Origin: Utricularia gibba
Taxonomy: Eukaryota; Plantae; Magnoliophyta
Length of the DNA: 31,058 nt
NCBI GenBank assembly: GCA_002189035.1
Contig: NEEC01000267.1
Span: forward strand, 1 to 31,058
Direction of reading: 5' to 3'
The position numbers and the translations under genes were made by a program. Positions within the stretch are counted from its first letter, which is position 1. Each line of letters opens with the position of its first letter. This document shows, in pieces, positions 22,656 to 31,058 of this stretch. The notes below the pieces were generated by a model. That model did not search any database, was not told the origin of the DNA, and worked only from the letters and a program-made list of their open reading frames with translations.

Positions 22656-24505
22656 TCCTACTCGACGAAAATCGTGATGCAGTTATTGAAGTTAGGATTT
22701 CATGAGCACCAAAATGGTTTTCTCAACCGCATGCTTTATATTTGATAAGGTGCTCTCGTGGGGCAACGGTATCGAGGGAGGTCGAGTCGAGCTCGGGCCC
22801 ATAGTCATTTGTAGCTCGGCAAAAAACTTGATGCATTTATTAACGGTTGGTTTTTAATAGGCTGCCTCAATGGTTTTCTCAAGGAAAAGCTTGTCGTTTT
22901 TGGGCGGGTGATGTCGTTGTGAACTTCGTTCTGACCCAAGGTTCGGTCTGTCTCCTTTGCCAAATCTGGTCCTACTCGACGAAAATCGTGATGCAGTTAT
23001 TGAAGTTAGGATTTCATGAGCACCCAAAATGCTTTTTCAATCGCATGCTTTGTAGTTGAGGAGGCGCTCTAGTGGGGCACGGTATCGGGCAAAGGTCGAG
23101 TCGGGCTCGCTCCCAGAGTCATTTTTAGCCTGTCAAAAAAATGATGCATTTATTAACGTTGGGTTTTAATAGGCTGCCTACATGGTTTCTCAAGGAAAAG
23201 CTTGTCGTTTCTGGGGGTGATGTCTTTGGAACTTCGTTCTGACCATAGGTTCGGTCTGACTCCTTTGCCACATCGGGTCCTACTCGACGAAAATCGTGAT
23301 GCAGTTATTGAAGTTAGGATTTCATGAGCACCCAAAATGGTTTTCTCAACCGCATGCTTTATATTTGATAAGGTGCTCTCGTGGGGCAACGGTATCGAGT
23401 AGGAGGTCGAGTCGAGCTCGGCCCATAGTCATTTGTAGCTCGGCAAAAAACTTGATGCATTTATTAACGTTGGTTTTAATAGGCTGCCTCAATGGTTTTC
23501 TCAAGGAAAAGCTTGTCGTTTTTGGGCGGGTGATGTCGTTGTGAACTTCGTTCTGACCAAGGTTCGGTCTGACTCCTTTGCCAAATCTGGTCCTACTCGA
23601 CGAAAATCGTGATGCAGTTATTGAAGTTAGGATTTCATGAGCACCCAAAATGCTTTTCAATCGCATGCTTTATATTGAGGAGGCGCTCTAGTGGGGCACG
23701 GTATTCGAGTCGGGCTCGCTCCCAGAGTCATTTTTAGCCTGTCAAAAAAATGATGCATTTATTAACGTTGGTTTTAATAGGCTGCCTACATGGTTTCTCA
23801 AGGAAAAGCTTGTCGTTTCTGGGCGGGTGATGTCTTTGGAACTTCGTTCTGACCATAGGTTCGGTCTGACTCCTTTGCCACATCGGGTCCTACTCGACGA
23901 AAATCGTGATGCAGTTATTGAAGTTAGGATTTCATGAGCACCCAAAATGGTTTTCTCAACCGCATGCTTTATATTTGATAAGGTGCTCTCGTGGGGCAAC
24001 GGTATCGAGTAGGAGGTCGAGTCGAGCTCGGGCCCATAGTCATTTGTAGCTCGGCAAAAAACTTGATGCATTTATTAACGGTTGGTTTTAATAGGCTGCC
24101 TCAATGTTTTCTCAAGGAAAAGCTTGTCGTTTTTGGGCGGGTGATGTCGTTGTGAACTTCGTTCTGACCCAAGGTTCGGTCTGTCTCCTTTGCCAAATCT
24201 GGTCCTACTCGACGAAAATCGTGATGCAGTTATTGAAGTTAGGATTTCATGAGCACCCAAAATGCTTTTTCAATCGCATGCTTTAGTTGAGGAGCGCTCT
24301 AGTGGGGCACGGTATCGGGCAAAAGGTCGAGTCGGGCTCGCCCAGAGTCATTTTTAGCCAAAAAAATGATGCATTTATTAACGTTGGGTTTTAATAGGCT
24401 GCCTACATGGTTTCTCAAGGAAAAGCTTGTCGTTTCTGGGCGGGTGATGTCTTTTGGAACTTCGTTCTGACCATAGGTTCGGTCTGACTCCTTTGCCACA
24501 TCGGG

Positions 24506-25424
24506 TCCTACTCGACGAAAATCGTGATGCAGTTATTGAAGTTAGGATTTCATGAGCACCCAAAATGGTTTTCTCAACCGCATGCTTTATATTTGATAAG
24601 GCCTCTCGTGGGAACGGTATCGAGCAGGAGGTCGAGTCGAGCTCGGCCAGAGTCATTTGTAGCCGGCAAAAAAATTGATGCATTTATTAACGTTGGTTTA
24701 ATAGGCTGCCTACATAGTTTCTCAAGGAAAAGCTTGTCGTTTCTGGGCGGGTGATGTCTTTTGGAACTTCGTTCTGACCAAGGTTCGGTCTGACTCCTTT
24801 GCCACATCGGGTCCTACTCGACGAAAATCGTGATGCAGTTATTGAAGTTAGGATTCATGAGCACCCAAAAATGGTTTTCTCAACCGCATGCTTTATATTT
24901 GATAAGGCACTCTCGTGGGGCAACGGTATCGAGCAGGAGGTCGAGTCGAGCTCGGGCCAGTCATTTGTAGCCCGGCAAAAAAAATTGATGCATTTATTAA
25001 CGTTGGCTTATTAGGCTGCCTACATAGTTTCTCAAGGAAAAGCTTGTCGTTTCTGGCGGTGATGTCGTTGGAACTTCGTTCTGACCCAAGGTTCGGTCTG
25101 ACTCCTTTGCCACATCGGGTCCTACTCGACGAAAATCGTGATGCAGTTATTGAAGTTAGGATTTCATGAGCACCCAAAATGGTTTTCTCAACCGCATGCT
25201 TTATATTTGATAAGGCACTCTCGTGGGGCAACGGTATCGAGCAGGAGGAGTCGAGCTCGGCCCAGAGTCATTTGTAGCCGGCAAAAAATTGATGCATTTA
25301 TTAACGTTGGTTTTAATAGGCTGCCTACATGTTTCTCAAGGAAAAGCTTGTCGTTTTGGGCGGGTGATGTCTTTGGAACTTCGTTCTGACCCAAGGTTCG
25401 GTCTGACTCCTTTGCCACATCGGG
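24506..25424 (+). repeat. Run of three consecutive B-type monomers
   Basis: Monomers starting at 24506, 24812 and 25120 all carry TCGAGCAGG heads and ACATCGGG ends. A similar B-rich run lies at 6521-7447. Confidence 0.65.
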
Positions 25425-28400
25425 TCCTACTCGACGAAAATCGTGATGCAGTTATTGAAGTTAGGATTTCATGAGCACCCAAAATTTTCAACGCATGCTT
25501 TATATTGAGGGGCGCTCTCGTGGGGCAACGGTATCGAGCAGGAGGTCGAGTCGAGCTCGCTCCCAGAGTCATTTTTAGCCGGCAAAAAAATTGATGCATT
25601 TATTAACGTTGGTTTTTAATAGGCTGCCTACATGGTTTCTCAAGGAAAAGCTTGTCGTTTCTGGGCGGGTGATGTCTTTTGGAACTTCGTTCTGACCATA
25701 GGTTCGGTCTGACTCCTTTGCCACATCGGTCCTACTCGACGAAAATCGTGATGCAGTTATTGAAGTTAGGATTTCATGAGCACCCAAAATGGTTTTCTCA
25801 ACCGCATGCTTTATATTTGATAAGGCTCTCGTGGGGCAACGGTATCGAGTAGGAGGTCGAGTCGAGCTCGGGCCCATAGTCATTTGTAGCTCGGCAAAAA
25901 ACTTGATGCATTTATTAACGTTGGTTTTAATAGGCTGCCTAATGGTTTTCTCAAGGAAAAGCTTGTCGTTTTTGGGCGGGTGATGTCGTTGTGAACTTCG
26001 TTCTGACCAAGGTTCGGTCTGTCTCCTTTGCCAATCTGGTCCTACTCGACGAAAATCGTGATGCAGTTATTGAAGTTAGGATTTCATGAGCACCCAAAAT
26101 GCTTTTCTCAACGCATGCTTTAGTTGAGGAGGCGCTCTAGTGGGGCACGGTATCGAGCAAAAGGTCGAGTCGAGCTCGCTCCCAGAGTCATTTTTAGCCT
26201 GGCAAAAAATGATGCATTTATTAACGTTGGGTTTTAATAGGCTGCCTACATGGTTTCTCAAGGAAAAGCTTGTCGTTTCTGGGCGGGTGATGTCTTTTGG
26301 AACTTCGTTCTGACCATAGGTTCGGTCTGACTCCTTTGCCACATCGGGTCCTACTCGACGAAAATCGTGATGCAGTTATTGAAGTTAGGATTTCATGAGC
26401 ACCAAAATGGTTTTCTCAACCGCATGCTTTATATTTGATAAGGTGCTCTCGTGGGGCAACGGTATCGAGTAGGAGGTCGAGTCGAGCTCGGGCCCATAGT
26501 CATTTGTAGCTCGGCAAAAAACTTGATGCATTTATTAACGTTGGTTTTAATAGGCTGCCTCAATGGTTTTCTCAAGGAAAAGCTTGTCGTTTTTGGGCGG
26601 GTGATGTCGTTGTGAACTTCGTTCTGACCAAAGGTTCGGTCTGACTCCTTTGCCAAATCTGGTCCTACTCGACGAAAATCGTGATGCAGTTATTGAAGTT
26701 AGGATTTCATGAGCACCCAAAATGGTTTTTCAATCGCATGCTTTATATTTGAGGAGGCGCTCTCGTGGGGCAACGGTATCGAGCAAAGGTCGAGTCGAGC
26801 TCGCTCCCAGAGTCATTTTTAGCCCGGCAAAAAAATTGATGCATTTATTAACGTTGGGTTTAATAGGCTGCCTACATGTTTTCTCAAGGAAAAGCTTGTC
26901 GTTTCTGGGCGGGTGATGTCTTGGAACTTCGTTCTGACCATAGGTTCGGTCTGACTCCTTTGCCACATCGGGTCCTACTCGACGAAAATCGTGATGCAGT
27001 TATTGAAGTTAGGATTTCATGAGCACCCAAAATGGTTTTCTCAACCGCATGCTTTATATTTGATAAGGTGCTCTCGTGGGGCAACGGTATCGAGTAGGAG
27101 GTCGAGTCGAGCTCGGGCCCATAGTCATTGTAGCTCGGCAAAAAACTTGATGCATTTATTAACGGTTGGTTTTAATAGGCTGCCTCAATGGTTTTCTCAA
27201 GGAAAAGCTTGTCGTTTTTGGGCGGGTGATGTCGTTGTGAACTTCGTTCTGACCCAAGGTTCGGTCTGTCTCTTTGCCAATCTGGTCCTACTCGACGAAA
27301 ATCGTGATGCAGTTATTGAAGTTAGGATTTCATGAGCACCCAAAATGCTTTTCAACGCATGCTTTGTAGTTGAGGAGGCGCTCTAGTGGGGCACGGTATC
27401 GGCAAAAGGTCGAGTCGGGCTCGCTCCAGAGTCATTTTTAGCCTGTCAAAAAAAGTGATGCATTTATTAACGTTGGGTTTTAATAGGCTGCCTACATGGT
27501 TTCAAGGAAAAGCTTGTCGTTTCTGGCGGGTGATGTCTTTTGGAACTTCGTTCTGACCATAGGTTCGGTCTGACTCCTTTGCCACATCGGGTCCTACTCG
27601 ACGAAAATCGTGATGCAGTTATTGAAGTTAGGATTTCATGAGCACCCAAAATGGTTTTCTCAACCGCATGCTTTATATTTGATAAGGTGCTCTCGTGGGG
27701 CAACGGTATCGAGTAGGAGGTCGAGTCGAGCTCGGGCCCATAGTCATTTGTAGCTCGGCAAAAAACTTGATGCATTTATTAACGTTGGTTTTAATAGGCT
27801 GCCTCAATGGTTTTCTCAAGGAAAAGCTTGTCGTTTTTGGGCGGTGATGTCGTTTTGGAACTTCGTTCTGACCAAGGTTCGGTCTGTCCTTTGCCACATC
27901 GGGTCCTACTCGACGAAAATCGTGATGCAGTTATTGAAGTTAGGATTTCATGAGCACCCAAAATGGTTTTCTCAACCGCATGCTTTATATTTGATAAGGC
28001 GCTCTCGTGGGGCAACGGTATCGAGTAGAGGTCGAGTCGAGCTCGGGCCCATAGTCATTTGTAGCTCGGCAAAAAATTGATGCATTTATTAACGTTGGTT
28101 TAATAGGCTGCCAATGTTTCTCAAGGAAAAGCTTGTCGTTTTGGGCGGGTGATGTCGTTGTGAACTTCGTTCTGACCCAAGGTTCGGTCTGTCCTTTGCC
28201 AAATCGGTCCTACTCGACGAAAATCGTGATGCAGTTATTGAAGTTAGGATTTCATGAGCACCCAAAATGGTTTTCTCAACCGCATGCTTTATATTTGATA
28301 AGGTGCTCTCGTGGGGCAACGGTATCGAGTAGGAGGTCGAGTCGAGCTCGGGCCCATAGTCATTTGTAGCCGGCAAAAAACTTGATGCATTTATTAACGT

Positions 28401-31058
28401 TGGTTTTAATAGGCTGCCTCAATGGTTTTCTCAAGGAAAAGCTTGTCGTTTTTGGGCGGGTGATGTCGTTTGAACTTCGTTCTGACCAAGGTTCGGTCTG
28501 TCTCCTTTGCCAAATCTGGTCCTACTCGACGAAAATCGTGATGCAGTTATTGAAGTTAGGATTTCATGAGCACCCAAAATGCTTTTGTCAATCGCATGCT
28601 TTGTAGTTGAGGAGGCGCTCTAGTGGGGCACGGTATCGGCAAAAGGTCGAGTCGGGCTCGCTCCCAGAGTCATTTTTAGCCTGTCAAAAAAAGTGATGCA
28701 TTTATTAACGTTGGTTTTATAGGCTGCCTACATGGTTTCTCAAGGAAAAGCTTGTCGTTTCTGGGCGGGTGATGTCTTTTGGAACTTCGTTCTGACCATA
28801 GTTCGGTCTGACTCCTTTGCCACATCGGGTCCTACTCGACGAAAATCGTGATGCAGTTATTGAAGTTAGGATTTCATGAGCACCCAAAATGGTTTTCTCA
28901 ACCGCATGCTTTATATTTGATAAGGCACTCTCGTGGGGCAACGGTATCGAGCAGGAGGTCGAGTCGAGCTCGGTCATTTGTAGCCCGGCAAAAAAATTGA
29001 TGCATTTATTAACGTTGGCTTTAATAGGCTGCCTACATAGTTTTCAAGGAAAGCTTGTCGTTTCTGGGCGGGTGATGTCTTTGGAACTTCGTTCTGACCA
29101 TAGTTCGGTCTGACTCCTTTGCCACATCGGGTCCTACTCGACGAAAATCGTGATGCAGTTATTGAAGTTAGGATTTCATGAGCACCCAAAATGGTTTTCT
29201 CAACCGCATGCTTTATATTTGATAAGGTGCTCTCGTGGGCAACGGTATCGAGTAGGAGGTCGAGTCGAGCTCGGGCCCATAGTCATTTGTAGCTCGGCAA
29301 AAAACTTGATGCATTTATTAACGGTTGGTTTTAATAGGCTGCCTCAATGGTTTTCTCAAGGAAAAGCTTGTCGTTTTTGGGCGGGTGATGTCGTTGTGAA
29401 CTTCGTTCTGACCCAAGGTTCGGTCTGTCTCCTTTGCCAAATCTGGTCCTACTCGACGAAAATCGTGATGCAGTTATTGAAGTTAGGATTTCATGAGCAC
29501 CCAAAATGCTTTTGTCAATCGCATGCTTTGTAGTTGAGGAGGCGCTCTAGTGGGGCACGGTATCGGGCAAAAGGTCGAGTCGGGCTCGCTCCCAGAGTCA
29601 TTTTTAGCCTGTCAAAAAAGTGATGCATTTATTAACGTTGGTTTTAATAGGCTGCCTACATGTTTTCTCAAGGAAAAGCTTGTCGTTTCTGGGCGGTGAT
29701 GTCTTTTGGAACTTCGTTCTGACCATAGGTTCGGTCTGACTCCTTTGCCACATCGGGTCCTACTCGACGAAAATCGTGATGCAGTTATTGAAGTTAGGAT
29801 ATCATGAGCACCCAAAATGGTTTTCTCAACCGCATGCTTTATATTTGATAAGGCACTCTCGTGGGGCAACGGTATCGAGCAGGAGGTCGAGTCGAGCTCG
29901 GGCCCAGAGTCATTTGTAGCCCGGCAAAAAAATGATGCATTTATTAACGTTCGGCTTTATTAGGCTGCCTACATAGTTCTCAAGGAAAAGCTTGTCGTTT
30001 CTGGGCGGGTGATGTCTTTGGAACTTCGTTCTGACCCAAGTTCGGTCTGACTCCTTTGCCAGGGTCCTACTCGACGAAAATCGTGATGCAGTTATTGAAG
30101 TTAGGATTTCATGAGCACCCAAAATGGTTTTCTCAACCGCATGCTTTATATTTGATAAGGTGCTCTCGTGGGGCAACGGTATCGAGTAGGAGGTCGAGTC
30201 GAGCTCGGCCCATAGTCATTTGTAGCTCGGCAAAAAACTTGATGCATTTATTAACGTTGGTTTTAATAGGCTGCCTCAATGGTTTCTCAAGGAAAAGCTT
30301 GTCGTTTTTGGCGGGTGATGTCGTTGTGAACTTCGTTCTGACCCAAGGTTCGGTCTGTCCTTTGCCAAATCTGGTCCTACTCGACGAAAATCGTGATGCA
30401 GTTATTGAAGTTAGGATTTCATGAGCACCCAAAATGGTTTTCTCAACCGCATGCTTTATTTGATAAGGTGCTCTCGTGGGGCAACGGTATCGAGTAGGAG
30501 GTCGAGTCGAGCTCGGGCCCATAGTCATTTGTAGCTCGGCAAAAAACTTGATGCATTTATTAACGGTTGGTTTTAATAGGCTGCCTCAATGGTTTTCTCA
30601 AGGAAAAGCTTGTCGTTTTTGGGCGGGTGATGTCGTTGTGAACTTCGTTCTGACCCAAGGTTCGGTCTGTCTCCTTTGCCAAATCTGGTCCTACTCGACG
30701 AAAATCGTGATGCAGTTATTGAAGTTAGGATTTCATGAGCACCCAAAATGCTTTTGTCAATCGCATGCTTTGTAGTTGAGGAGGCGCTCTAGTGGGCACG
30801 GTATCGGGCAAGGGTCGAGTCGGGCTCGCTCCCAGAGTCATTTTTAGCCCGTCAAAAAAATGATGCATTTATTAACGTTGGGTTTTAATAGGCTGCCTAC
30901 ATGGTTTCTCAAGGAAAAGCTTGTCGTTTCTGGGCGGGTGATGTCTTTTGGAACTTCGTTCTGACCATAGTTCGGTCTGACTCCTTTGCCACATCGGGTC
31001 CTACTCGACGAAAATCGTGATGCAGTTATTGAAGTTAGGATTTCATGAGCACCCAAAA

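Larger units (their letters stand above)
1..31058. repeat. Tandem satellite DNA array, ~310-316-bp monomer, 100 full copies plus one partial, all in the same orientation
   Basis: The anchor TCCTACTCGACGAAAATCGTGATGCAG recurs at 7, 324, 634, 944, 1245 ... 30375, 30689, 30999, and (30999-7)/100 gives about 310 bp. There is no unique sequence between copies, and every monomer read has one HindIII site (AAGCTT). Confidence 0.99.

Noticed and set aside
183-31056. All ORFs in the six-frame track (60-213 aa), including 11651-12292 (-) and 14173-14748 (-), with recurring peptides such as GAHEILTSITASRFSSSR
   Set aside because: They are translations of the same repeat in shifting frames. Starts and stops move with 1-bp indels, no frame is maintained between copies, and I recognise no protein domain.
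1-31058. Numerous 1-bp length variants in homopolymers (GGATTCATG, CACCAAAA, GGCGGTG, CCATAGTT, A6/A7/A8 runs)
   Set aside because: They are deletion-biased and confined to homopolymers, as is typical of long-read consensus error, so I did not use them as biological variants.

Overview
The whole 31,058-bp window is one uninterrupted, single-orientation, head-to-tail tandem satellite DNA array of the eukaryotic heterochromatin or centromere type. The organism cannot be named from sequence alone. I counted 100 complete monomers between positions 7 and 30998 using the anchor TCCTACTCGACGAAAATCG (mean about 310 bp; clean copies 310-316 bp; about 46% GC in a clean type A copy), plus a partial 101st copy. 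I found no genes, RNA genes, transposon insertions, inversions or CRISPR spacers; all ORFs in the track are by-products of the repeat. The structure has three levels. (1) Each monomer is an old dimer of two ~157-159-bp, nucleosome-sized subunits. (2) Monomers fall into three subfamilies (A, B, C) that share a near-invariant ~63-bp box, and B looks like an A-head/C-tail recombinant. (3) Monomer order follows a rule: C-type heads are never adjacent, giving variable-length higher-order repeats (CA, CBA, CACBA and others). Hand-typed order of monomers 1-100 (lower case = degenerate or hybrid, m = A/B mosaic): ACBcmcbAcA CAcBACACBA CBBmACmACm CBACmcBcBA CmCBACBACA CBmbACACBA CAACACBACA ACBACACACB BBcAcAcACA mACBACBAAC. 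Private differences between copies are mostly 1-bp deletions, so some apparent mosaics may be long-read consensus artefacts.
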